64,000 bases of DNA from Antedon mediterranea (Eukaryota; Animalia; Echinodermata): positions 16,464,912 to 16,528,911 of the forward strand of contig NC_092675.1 of the NCBI RefSeq assembly GCF_964355755.1, in the 5' to 3' direction. Below the pieces are notes generated by a model. It saw only the letters and a program-made list of their open reading frames with translations, did not search any database and was not told the DNA's origin. Positions within the stretch are counted from its first letter, which is position 1. The number at the start of each line of letters is the position of its first letter. A program made the translations under genes and the position numbers. Shown here piece by piece: positions 24,301-36,561 of the stretch.

Positions 24301-24499
24301 TTTTTTCTGACGAATATTTGTTCAAATAAAATAAACTGTAGTTATCAGACATAGGCCTTTTATCCAAATTGTTTGTATAGTATACAAACTAATTAAAATA
24401 TCCATTTATTACTTTCATGTTTAAAATATTTCAGCCTCCTTGAGCTGGAGTTCGAACATGTGTTAAGTCCATTTTGGTAACCCGAATATAACTCTTTTT

Positions 24500-24591
24500 T
24501 GTTGGCTACAATTCAAAATTTTAGCGGGCATTGTTGTTGTTGATGTTTGTCAACTGGTCCTCCTAGGCCAATAAAAACATAAAATGTAAGT
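24500..24591 (+). promoter_or_regulatory. Putative NUF2 promoter and non-coding first exon with 5' splice donor
   Basis: Reverse CHR-like TTCAAA next to E2F-like TTTAGCGGG (~24512-24528); donor GTAAGT at 24586. The NUF2 ATG directly follows an acceptor (cag 26227-26229), so an upstream exon is expected. Confidence 0.4.
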
Positions 24592-24623
24592 TGTTTATAG
24601 TTAATCAAGTTTGAAATAAGGTC

Positions 24624-24775
24624 AGGGCCTAGGCCTAGGCCTAACTAGGCCTACTAACTATATAGGTCTAGGTAGGCTAGATAGAGTAGAGGTCTAACCG
24701 CTAGGCTAGGCCTCTAGGCCTACCCACCACTAGGTAGGCCTAGGCCTATAGCCTAGTAGTAGGCTAGCCTAGCTA
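24624..24775. repeat. Low-complexity cluster of (T)AGGCCTA(G) palindromes
   Basis: ggcctaggcctaggcctaactaggccta...ctaggctaggcctctaggccta...gtaggcctaggcctatagcctag. Confidence 0.8.
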
Positions 24776-25069
24776 CCCAAATCAACCCGTACCTATGCCA
24801 ACTCGTACCCAATTTGGCTAACCCGTAGTACCCAACCAATCGCGCCCTCAATATATAAGGCCCAGATTGGTAACGACCAGCAGTGTCGCCTTTATGATGA
24901 GTACTACTACTAGTAGGCCTAGCTAGTACATTATATTTATTACGTGACTACGTTCTTTATAATTAATTTTAAAATGTATGGATGTTAACTTAATGGACTT
25001 TTTCTCATTACAAACTAAGAAATATGAAATACAGCAACATTTTTTAGAAAGAAGAATAATTATTTTTAA

Positions 25070-25852
25070 CGCCGTGGCTAAAGATACGGTACCGTATTCT
25101 AACTTCTGTTTACTAAAGGTACGGTAAAATTGCATTACGTCATAACCAGCCAATGGGGTGCTGGTACATGTGTGACGTCATCGTATAAGGACTTTGTGGA
25201 TTTTTTTCATATCGCGAAAACAGTGATCAACCGCATTTTCTTGATGCTTTATTTATCGCTATTATCGCCGTCGTGTGTGACAAAAACTAAATGTAGCCTA
25301 CGTCTGTTATTATTATTGAAAATTAAAGCCAAAACATGTTGATTTTAATTCTAGAATACAGAAAACCGTTTCAAAAGAGGCCTAGGCCTACTTACTACGT
25401 ACTATAACCTCATTATATGAGTTTAATTGTTTGTGTAGAGGGAAAGCGATGTCAGGCTGGGGCCAGCTACATGTGTGCACTGATTTCTGTGACTCGTCAG
25501 CCCTGGGGCTACTGTCTAAATCATAGTATTTGAAGACCCCTTTATTGTCCGCATTTGCTTGTTGTTTATGGTCACCATTGTAAACAAAGTTTAATAAAAA
25601 ATATAGGCCTAAATAGGCCATTTGGAATAAAAATAAAACCCTCATCTGCAGCGCACACACATCCACGCAGCCTGGCGCCGCCGATAGGAATTCTACAGAC
25701 GCGATATGAAAAAAAATCCCAAGTCCTTAGACCTTATACGATGACGTCACACACGTACCAGCACCCCATTGGCTGATTATGACGTAATGCAATGTTACCG
25801 TACCTTTAGTAAACAGAAGTTAGAATACGGTACCGTATCTTTAGCCACGGCG
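25070..25852. mobile_element. 783-bp non-autonomous DNA transposon, MULE/Mutator-like, ~120-bp near-perfect TIRs and 9-bp TSD
   Basis: TIR cgccgtggctaaagatacggtaccgtattctaacttctgtttactaaaggtacggtaa...; perfect TSD tatttttaa at 25061-25069 and 25853-25861. Confidence 0.9.
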
Positions 25853-26229
25853 TATTTTTAAATATATATTTATTATAAGCTAATTTTTCCAGAATATTAA
25901 TAATATACAGTATATTGATTGGGTACATAACCTATATATCGTATTTTTCATCTCTTTGTTGCACCAATGGAAGCCTATGGTCTAATATTATCATGTTTAA
26001 ATGTTAAAACATAATAATGGCCCAACATCGTGTGAGATGAATATTTAGGTGAGAAATATATGAGATATATATGATGCGAAACAGCAGTAGCGCCTGAGTG
26101 CATAAAAAATAAATCCTGCACCAAAACTTTGAAATGTGCTGATGAGAATAATGTAGGCTAATAAAGCCATTCATGTAGGTAACATTATATGAATTTCAGC
26201 ATGTTAATAATATTTTAATTTCTTTTCAG

Positions 26230-29200
26230 ATGTCTCAGCCAGCATACAACTTTCCATCTTTGACTTCTGATGATTTGTTGATTTTCCTTCAAGATTTGTT
26301 TCAAGAGGAATTTGTGACTTCTGAAAATGATCTAAAAAATCCCCAGGTATAATAAATTGAAAGTTTATTAAGTTATATTTTAGGACAAATTATTAGATCA
26401 AATTGTCATATGATGAATAAATACATTAAATTAATTACTTGTTTGGCAATTTACTAAGCTTGAACCAACTATAACAAAAAAAGACAAATAAAAGCACTAT
26501 GGCACTAAACTTAAATTGTTCTAGTATTAATAAAATTACACAATATCCTGACAACAGCTATATTGGTTTGGCTAATAATACTATCTCCCCTTTTTTACCC
26601 CTGTCGTATTCAGAATAAAATAATAATATTCTGTCCTGTACTAATAAAATGGCTAATAGTGTATCCTTTTTTTACCTTTATGCTATACTAATAATTGTTG
26701 ATTTTGTTTATGATTTCAGCCTATGCATGTTCAAGCTATCTATTCACACTTGTTGGAAGCTTCACTTAACATCACTCCAGGACAGCTGAAACAGCCTCAG
26801 TTAGAAGCTACTAACTTTCTTAGCTACAATGAACTACATGAAGATTCAGTCCCACTCATCATGTACACTCTTGTCATGTAAGTAACTCTTAAACATACTA
26901 ACCACCAATTATGCCTCTTGCATGTAGGGCAGCAACAAGGTCCTCTACTCTTGACATTTTTGGGATCTTCTCTAGACATTTCCTCCATTCCAGGTTCATG
27001 TTCTTTATTTCCTCCTCGATGGTGCGACACCAGGTGGAGTTTGTCTGTCTACCTCTCACCCATTATGACTCTTGCATGTAGGGCAGCAACAAGGTCCTCT
27101 ACTCTTGACATTTTTGGGATCTTCTCTGGACATTTCCTCCATTCCAGGTTCATGTTCTTTATTTCCTCCTCGATGGTGCGACACCAGGTGGAGTTTGTCT
27201 GTCTGCCTCTCACCCATTATGACTCTTGCATGTAGGGCAGCAACAAGGTCCTCTACTCTTTTGGGCTCCTCTTCTTTTACATTTCACCATTCCAGGTTCA
27301 TTTTCTTCATTTCCTCATGGTGTGACACCAGTGGCATTTGTCTGTCTCTCACCACCCATTATGCCTCTTGCATGTAGTCCAGCAACGAGTGTCTTGAGGG
27401 ATGTTGTCAGTCTTTTCTTAAAACATGGCCAATTCAGTACTAACCATCTTATATTGTGACTTATGGATTAATTAATTGTATTTTTAGGCAAAGATTTATG
27501 ACATCTTGTGGAGTGAATGATTTCAAGCTCAAGGACTTGACTGGGCCAAGTATGTACAGACATAGCGTTTACTAGATTTACAGAAGAACCCCTATTTGGG
27601 GGGATACCTTCGGGAACAAACATCTTATATTCTTTGTCTATAAAAGGGGAAATTGTATTTAAATAGCAGCTTAATAGTATTGGACTTTATTTGATTTTGA
27701 TTCATTTTATTTTACAATTATAATTTTCAATGATTTATATTGAGAGAGAATGCCTATAAATAATTCTGTTTCTTTATAGTTACTGTACAATCATTTACAT
27801 TTTCCATATTAATATCTTCAAAATTCCAATCACATTCTTTTAATTAATTTTATCATTATACCATTATTATCATGTTAATTATTGATACCACTGTATCAGC
27901 AATATTATCATTCAAATTGTAATGTATTATGTTTCAGAACCAAAACGGTTTCAGCGTAACTTGAGTGCCATTGTAAACTACTATCGTTTCAAGCAACAAA
28001 GGGAGCCGACATTTGAACGTATCAAACAAGAAACAGTAAGTATTGAAGATGATTCGAAAAGAAGCCCATCTCGAAATCAAGCTCACCGGGCTTCTTTTTA
28101 AGATAGTACATGGGCTTCTTTTCAAGATAGTCTATTTGAATAAGGTGATTTAATGCCAGATAACTTGTGATGCAGATATAATGTATAAGTGGGTTTATAT
28201 AGTACATTAAAAATGGTATTTTGATCAGAAAATAATGTAAAATTGGCAGGTGATGTTTCAGAAATCGTATTGTAGTAGAAATTCACAAAATTGACAGCAT
28301 ACATTTCGAAAAGAAACCCTCCTCATTAGTTTACAAAAGTTGTCTCAAAAAGAAGCCCATCTTGAAAAGAAGCTTACACAAGAGTACTAAAAAAGGGGCT
28401 GCTTTAAAAGCTTTTACAGTATGTGTCCCAACAAAGGGTTTTACAATAATTGAGTGATTTACTAAGGTCTATATTTTGTTATTCAGTCTGTATGTAAATA
28501 GTGTATCATTTTTGTGTAAAGATATATTTTGGATATCTTTTTGTAGGATGCTTTGAATGAGCAGCATCAGTGCACACTTCATGAAATTGATGAACTCAAG
28601 GCTAAAATAAACAAGATAAAAGCACAAAGAGCTGAGGAAGAACCACAAGTCCAACAGGTATAAATACTACTCTATTCACATGCACTTTAATTTTCAACTG
28701 TATGAAAAAATAAATATAGTACAGATTGAAAATGTGAAAACATGGACGAAGGGATTGCCTAAGACACAATAATAATATCGAACATTTATAAAGCGCTCTT
28801 TACCAGAGTCTCACAGCGCAACATGAAAAGAATAATTATTTAGATAGGAGTTTTCAGGAGAGATTTGACACGTTAATATTTTGAATGAATAATAATAATA
28901 TTAATAAGATAATAGTAATAATAACAAAAGCAGTCAGAGAGTTGCAACCTCCGGCTGGAATAAAAGAGAAAGTAAAGGATCAAGAATCATCATACGGATC
29001 CGTCTTGAAAAAAATTAGTAAAACAATAAAAAGTGACACTATGTGTGAAAGCTTGTTACGTAGGCTAGGCTTAATGCTGATTAGTATTAATTTCTTTGAT
29101 CACTGCCTACATAGTGTTACAAGATCTATTTATTATTACTTTTGTTAAGCTTTGTAGTCAAGTAGAGGAGCTTGGAATGCATATGTCAGCATATCAACAA

Positions 29201-31338
29201 GAACAGGCAAGCCAACAAAAAGCTGTTCAACAGCTTAAAGCAGAAATTGCTGAAAAAGTGGCAAAGACGGTGAGCTAACAATATCATTAAAAGCCAATGT
29301 CCAGGACACATTATTTTTTTCCTATGAGGTTAAGGCTGAAAACATAAATGATACACGACTTTAGATAGCTGATCTAATTCCTAAATATAGCTTAGCCTAT
29401 CCCTCTAAATAATCTCTCTCAATTATTTAAAAAAAAACATGCTATTGATGGCCATCAAACCCAGGGCTCCAGTGTCTTAGCCTGAAGTCTTTACCGCTAC
29501 TCGACCAAACATTTTGAAACCTGTTGACCCTCCTTGCTTATATAGTGCCCCTATAATGTTCTAACTTATGTCATAATTATTTCATGAATTATTCATGATT
29601 TCTGTTTTAAACTCTTAGGGAAAACAATAATGCTTTCAGGTCCTGTTCAGGTCATTTACCTGGGTAAGTTTGTTTAACTTACTTAAAATGTATTAAATTA
29701 TTAATTATTACTTCTAAAATTTTACAATAGGACCAGTATAAAGTGCTGACACTAAGTGCTAAAGAGGAGGGAGACAAGTTGAAGTCGCAGATCGTCCAAT
29801 CGCCAGAGAGGATGAAAAGTAAAATCAGCGGTATGCACAGCGCCATCAACACAAGTAAATTAGGCAAAGAAGAAAAGGCACAGTGCCTTCAGGAAAAAAT
29901 CACACAAATACAGAAAATGGCTTCCATACATGACTGCTGTGAACAAGCTTCAACACTTATCTCGGCAATCAACTGTGAATTAGACAAGCAGAAGTAAGCC
30001 TTTTTGTCGTCAATTCTTCAACAAGTTCAGGACATTTTTCACCAAGTATTTTTTTTAAACATTAATCATTTTGCAGACTTATGGAGGTAACAATTATATT
30101 TCTCATTGAATTACAAATTAATTCATTATCATTTCTTTCAGAGAAGCCACCAATGAAGTAGAGAAAGTAAAAGACAGAATTTCTGTGCAGAGGGACGCGT
30201 TGAGAGATTTGACTGCTAAAGAGAACCAACTTAAACGTCAGAAGGTGTCAAAGCAAGAACGAATGTCCAAACTGTCATTGCAACATCAAAGTAAAATGAC
30301 TGCAGCTTCTGAAGCTCTGCAAATGTCTAAGAAGTATGTACTTTTTTGGATTTTTTCAACCACATCGAATTACATCACCATGGCTTCTTGGTTGTACTAA
30401 GGAGCCAAAGATGTACTGTGTTTTTTAAAGAAAGTTTTTCATATCACCAGAAGTGTAGTCTCTAACTGTCCGCAGTCTAGTAACACTTAGTATCACTGTA
30501 TAAACATTTTATTTTCCTTATAGGGAAGTTGAAATAGGAGAAGAAAAAAAGCAGAAGTTACAACATTATTTAAATACCCTCAAAGGAGAAATGGCAAATG
30601 TTCAAAAAGAGGTAATGCCATCTCTATTTACTATGTTTGAAACTAATATTACTAGATGTAATGTTGGTTTAGTCTTTATTTTGAGATGAAATTTAATTTT
30701 CAATCTGGTTACTTTGGGGGTACACTCGACAGTAGAATTTGTATTGAACATATATGAAAGAACATGTTTTTATTTCGACAGATGGATGACAAAACAAGTA
30801 ATCATACTCAAGAAATGAACAAGTTGCAGGACACTTATGCAGCGTTAATAGAGGCAGTAAGTGTAATACTATTACATATTTAATTAATTACTACCACCCC
30901 CTTTGTGGACATTCTTTCAGTTTGCTGTCCTCTATCAAGGCTCAAAGATGTCAATCAGCAGGAACATTGTGATTATCTCTGCTGCACACATGGGCCAAAC
31001 ATCAAATCCATTCTATCTGTGTCTCACACACATACATACGGGATCCTCCTCGCTGGAGTTGAACACCTATTCAGCAATAAATAGCCCACTGAGGTGTTCC
31101 TTAAGATTTGTTTGTGACAACCTCAATTTGAGAATTTAATGTATTTGAAAAGTCTACACAATGTTAATTGATTGATCGAAATGTGGAAATAATCTAGTAT
31201 TCATGTGTGACTTGATAGACCTGTATTCTGTGCTTTTTGTTTACTAACTAATTTATTTTTATTTTAACACAGGTTGATGGTTACCATAAAGATCTCGCTA
31301 CAGTCTTCAAAGAAGTTGCTCCGTGGCTTAAATCATAA
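26230..31338 (+). CDS. NUF2: Kinetochore protein Nuf2 (NDC80 complex), spliced, 449 aa
   Basis: Exons 26230-26346, 26720-26877, 27488-27549, 27938-28035, 28547-28657, 29150-29269, 29731-29993, 30142-30333, 30524-30611, 30782-30856, 31273-31338 (1350 nt, phases consistent). Motifs YNFPSL, DLKNPQP, CGVNDFKLKDLTGPKPKRFQRNLSAIVNYYRF, coiled coil with KSQIVQSPER. AATAAA at 31465. Confidence 0.93.
26903..27390 (-). repeat. ~3 tandem 154-bp units derived from the 3' end of an RTE-clade LINE
   Basis: Period 154 bp. The minus strand reads RGRQTNSTWCRTIEEEIKNMNLEW..LVAALHAR, resembling the RTE ORF C-terminus (RGRPxxTWRRTVExE..WRxLVAAL). Confidence 0.75.
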
Positions 31339-31675
31339 AATCACCTACTCTCTTATGTAACATGTTTATGGACTCATTTTAATCTTTTTATTTTTAAATG
31401 TACTATATTTACTACTGTAACACTAACACCTTTTTTAAAGAATCAATTTTACATATAGAATACCAATAAAAATGTATATATGCACGTCACTCAATACTAT
31501 ATGTCATCATTTTTTGTGGTATAGCAAATTTGAACCCTTTTATTTTTGGACAAAACACCATAAGATGGTCATAATTTTATAAATGTGCACATAACGCTAT
31601 ATACGTGAACATAGTAATATTAGCTCATTTTTAAATGTTTATATTTTTCCCATTTTTCGATTAAATCGCTGACGC

Positions 31676-31870
31676 TTACGGTATATGTACACATAACACT
31701 ATACGCATACAAATTTGCAGGTGTGCCATGAACCTCTTAGTTTCAGTGTAACTGGTGTTGCACATAGGACACATAAAGTATGTAAACGGAACAGGTACCA
31801 CAATTGGGTTGTTCTCTACCTGTGTTCTACTATCAGTAGAACAGACAACAGGGATATATGCTGAACACAC
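31676..31870 (-). other. Orphan ORF fragment with a C2HC (UBZ-like) zinc finger
   Basis: FMCPMCNTSYTETKRFMAHLQIC; abuts the 3' tail of a LINE fragment; no clear splice acceptor. Confidence 0.35.
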
Positions 31871-31884
31871 TCAGATGGAGTTCT

Positions 31885-32750
31885 AATTGTAATAATAACA
31901 ACTTTATTTAAAAACAGATGCAACACTTGGTGTTTTTCACAAGGCCGTTACTTACTACAAAACTATTTACACAATTTATCATTTACAGTACATGATTAAA
32001 AAACTATAAAAAAAAAAATGATTTCATGAAAAACATAGTTTCAAGTATATCTTATCTTTGGTCATTTATAATTTTTTTTAATATATGTATATTAGGAGCT
32101 GTAATTGCATTTGAGTTTATAGCATTTAAACTATTCCATAGCTTTGCACCAGAATACGAGAAACTTTTCTTTTTATTCTCAGTGTTTGCCTTATGTAAAC
32201 TTAGAATATCTTTTGATCTAGCATTGTTTGTTTGCGTTCATAGAATCTGTTTCTTAAGTAGGATGGTGTTAAGTTATTCATTATTTTATACATTGTGACT
32301 GCTTCGTTGAAATATTGTTTTTTCTAAATTAGGCCAATTTAAATCTTTGAGCGCCTGTGAGCTAGAGTCATACCTAGATGTATGTGTAATTATTTTGGCC
32401 GCTCTATTTTGGAGTACTTGGAGTTTACATTTGAGGGTTTGGTTACAACGACCCCATACAACATTGCAGTAGTCAAAATGGTGGGTTATGATAGATTTGT
32501 ACATTAATGATTGAATATTTTGAGGAAAAATATTTGCTGCATTTTTTTAGATAGTACAGACCTGATATTACTTTATTTTTCACTTGATCTATTTGTTTAT
32601 GCCATTTTAAATTTTCATCGATAATGACACCTAAATGTTTACAGTTACTTTTTCAAGTTTTGTACCATCTATATTAATATCCATGTTAATCAATTTATTT
32701 GATTTTTGATGTGTTCCTAAAATCATATATTCAGTCTTTTTAACGTTGTG
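31885..32750 (-). mobile_element. 5'-truncated, decayed CR1/L2-group LINE (C-terminal RT region and 3' tail)
   Basis: NVKKTEYMILGT..KLEKV, GVIIDENLKW, MYKSIITHHFDYCNVVWG..KLQVLQNRAAKII..LKDLNW with frameshifts; tail aataaagttgttattattac. Confidence 0.88.
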
Positions 32751-33413
32751 AAGAACTCCTTTAGACTTGATGGTGGGATGTTGTGCACATCTATTATTCG
32801 TTTTGTTTATTTTCTTGTGAAGAAAATTGGCGCATCCTGTAGGACTGGCATTTATAAGGCGCACAACACCCTCAGAGATCATGTGAAATCGTAGTTTAGT
32901 TCCAGTAACCTTTTGATCATTCTGCATGGAGGAAGGTAGAATTTAAAATGATCATAACGCAAGAAATAAGGGAAACACAATATCATATAATTGAATTTTG
33001 TTTGTTTGTATGAAAAATAGGCAAATGAAACTTTATATATAAATTATAGTTTATTATGACATAGTGAAACAAAATATCTAAGGCGTCATGCTTTATCATA
33101 GTACAATTATCCAGAGTACTGATTTACAGACATTACATTATTTGAAGGTCGATCAACAAATTATTTTTCGAACATTGCATTACATACAAGACCAGTGTAG
33201 AAACAGTACCGGTATATGTACAAATGAGAACACATTCATTATACTACAGTAAATCTATGCAAAAATATACTCAACTCAAAAAAAATTATATTATATGCTA
33301 TAAGACAATACTATAACCTAAATTTGTTACCTTACTTGAAATTGTCAAACAGAACAAGGCAACGTTTTGTAAAAGAATATAACTATAAATACAAATTATG
33401 TAAAGCAAGGTGA

Positions 33414-33490
33414 TGTTGACTATTGACTATACTGTTGACTATTGACTGTTGACTATTGACTATACTGTTGACTATTGACTGTTGACTATT
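33414..33490. repeat. Short tandem repeat of (tg)ttgacta units
   Basis: tgttgactattgactatactgttgactattgactgttgactattgac... Confidence 0.85.
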
Positions 33491-34339
33491 CCATAAATAT
33501 ATGCATTCAATCAATCAAGTCATATTTGCATAAATAGCGCAATTTAATTTTTAAAAGGCATTCTCAATCTGAAACACCATAAATTTAAAAAGTTATAGGC
33601 ATATTGTATTTTTAAACACCTTTTACAGTACTTTTATCTTTCTCATTTAATATACAAGTGTACAAATAAATAGAACTAAATCAGAATTTAAAAATTGGTA
33701 TAAAAGAAGTTTCATAATTATAGTATTAAACAATAATCGCAATTAAAAAAAAAGAACAGTATAACAAGCATCAAGTAGAAGAATACATATTAAAGAATCA
33801 TGTGTATTGTATGTACACTGGACAACAGCTTTACATCTCATCTGAAAAATGAGGCAATCTTGTTTAAGATTGCAAGCAATATGGTACAGACAGGTCTTGA
33901 ACCCATGCCTCTAACTAGACCAATTCCCTTACCATTACACCATATCACTCTCTGTCCTATGTCTTTATTCTGTAATAAAGACCCGATTTAAAACTAAATT
34001 TAAAAAGTGTTTTTTAGGAATAAAAGTATAAATAGTACAGTAGTAATAACAAACAGTCTGAATATAATACCCTGCTCTCTTTAGTATAGTCTAGTATAGA
34101 AATCTCCTGTTAATACTATTTAACAATTATTTAAAATTCATGTTGGGCCTCTGGCCCACAATTTCCTCCCTGTATATTTGAAGTTCACTTTCAATTTGTA
34201 TTTGTTTTTCTCTTATATAAATTGTTGTCATAAATATCTGTTACATGATTGGCACATCATTAGTAGCATTATTATGACAGTATCATTCAGGCTACATCAT
34301 TATAATAGCAATTCATAGAGGCATGAATATGGTTATTAT

Positions 34340-34628
34340 ACAAATAATGAATGTTTATGAGTGTAATGGTACAAATAATGAATGTTTATGAGTGTAATGG
34401 TACAAATAATGAATGTTTATGAGTGTAATGGTACAAATAATGAATGTTTATGAGTGTAATGGTACAAATAATGAATGTTTATGAGTGTAATGGTACAAAT
34501 AATGAATGTTTATGAGTGTAATGGTACAAATAATGAATGTTTATGAGTGTAATGGTACAAATAATGAATGTTTATGAGTGTAATGGTACAAATAATGAAT
34601 TTTTATGAGTGTAATGGTACAAATAATG
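34340..34628. repeat. 31-bp minisatellite, 9 full copies, amplified from the arm of a palindromic element
   Basis: acaaataatgaatgtttatgagtgtaatggt at 34340, 34371 ... 34588; runs directly into the hairpin at 34619-34755. Confidence 0.95.
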
Positions 34629-34773
34629 GCATGAAGTGAATGATGAAAGGTTATATTTCAATAAGGCGATGGCATGAGGTGAAATATAACCTTTCATCAT
34701 TCACCAAATGCCATTATTTTTACCATTACAGGAATATAGAACATTCATTATTTGAATGTAAATAGATTCTTGT

Positions 34774-36089
34774 CAGGGCGGATCCAGGATTGGCGGTGAG
34801 TTGAGGCGATTTTGAAAATATAACACCTCCAGAAATGGCACTCTCACGTTATTATAAATGTATTAACAATTGATATTTTAAATATGAAAACTGAGGTACT
34901 AGCCTATTAAAGGGTGACATTTTCCCAATAGGCCTATTTTGAGTAAAAGCGTCACAAAAGCTTCGCGCAAGTCAGCGTTTGCACATGGCGGAAAAAGGTG
35001 CTGTCCAGGGTCGTCGACAGAACCTGTAGCGAAGCGAACTTTGTTAAATGACGCCCCAGATGGCCAGAAATGATACTCTCGCACATAAAATTCATGATAA
35101 ATGGCACCTCTAATTTGCAGAAAAAGGCACTCTCATATGTAGCATGCTACCAATGAGCAAAACGATCATACTTTTTCCCTCCAATAAACACATGTGACTA
35201 ATTACAGGACGATATAACATTTTGTTGCCGATTTCATTCACCCAGTATTTAGTTTTGATTGCCGTTGCTTTCAAGTTCAATGCAAACGTGCTATAATATA
35301 CAAATAATGAATGTTTATGAGTGCAATGGTACAAATAATGGCACGAGGTGAATGATGAAAGGTTATATCAACGAGGCAAAGCCGAGTTGATATAACCTTT
35401 CATCATTCACCAAGTGCCATTATTTGTACCATTACACGAATACAAAACATTCATTATTTGTTTTATATAACATCTAAATAACAAACAAAAATGTTTCAAA
35501 AAGTACTATTTAACGATCGTTGAATAGTGCGTACTATTGCACGCCATGTGACCCACATTCGTCCAATCAAATGACAGGAATTTATATAGGTGTTATATAA
35601 TATATACTACAGTACACAGTTACCACAGTTAGTGTACTATATTATTATTAACATATCCTCTATGATGATGATATGTAGGTAACCACAGCGTATATACACT
35701 TTTATTTATGCTTGCTGACTGCCAGCGATCTAAACAATAGGTAGGCCTACGGGCGGTGTCCATTGTACGAATCGTTCGTGCACCCGAGTATGGGTACGAT
35801 ACATGCGTCAATATCATGTTACATTCAGGGACCAAAATGCGTTTATTTTTCAGGTGAAAATAGGCAATTAATTTCACAACTCTTAGAAATTTACAGACAG
35901 AAACGAAAATGATGACCTCTAAAAATTAGCAAGGTGCTGAAACAATGTGTTTTAATAAAAGTGAAAGTACTTTACGCTTTTTTTTACCAAATTTGTTTTC
36001 CTTATGGTAGGAAAATTTTTTTTCTCCAGATTTATAGGGGGGGGGGGGGGGGGGGCACACGTGCGGACCCCCCTCTGGATCAGCCACTG
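34774..36089. mobile_element. hAT-like non-autonomous DNA transposon
   Basis: Termini cagggcggatccag ... ctggatcagccactg; degenerate 8-bp TSD attcttgt / ctgcttgt; subterminal poly-G. Confidence 0.6.
35292..35600. mobile_element. Long palindromic (hairpin) element, possibly Crypton-like non-autonomous
   Basis: ~175-bp imperfect palindrome centred on aacgaggcaaagccgagtt, plus tail ..gtccaatcaaatgacaggaattt..ggtgttata; second, split copy at 34333-34755 + 36400-36488. Superfamily assignment tentative. Confidence 0.7.
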
Positions 36090-36561
36090 CTGCTTGTCAT
36101 TTAAATCATATTGAATAAAAGGTAGGCCTAGGACTACATTGATTCATATTGTTAAACCAGTAAAATTATGTTTTTAATAATATATTAAATATTATACCTA
36201 TTTGGATTTTATAAACAGAGATACCATTACGAAACTTCGACAAGCAACTGGAACTCATCTAGGCTAATTCAATCTAAAGCTAATTTAAATGCCTTTTTTG
36301 GTCTAAATTAGTAAATATATCTCTCCAATAATGTAATCGTGAAACCAGTTATAACATTCAATCATTCAAAGTATTTCACAAACGTGAAAAGATTTTTTTT
36401 TTCGTACTATTGAACGACCGTACTATTGCATGCCATGTGACCCACAATCGTCCAATCAAATGACAGGAATTTTATTTAGGTGTTATACAAATTGTAATAT
36501 GTTAAAATAGTCTTATCATTCTTTTGTCATCTACCACTTGGCTTTCTATTATATCTACAAT

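Noticed and set aside
26824-27459. Repeated short ORFs MHVGQQQGPLL
   Set aside because: By-products of the 154-bp intronic tandem repeat.
34340-34628. CRISPR array (31-bp repeats)
   Set aside because: Units are directly adjacent with no spacers.
36037-36055. Poly-G tract as a functional G-quadruplex (also 36902-36916)
   Set aside because: Lies within transposon subterminal sequence; homopolymer length is unreliable.
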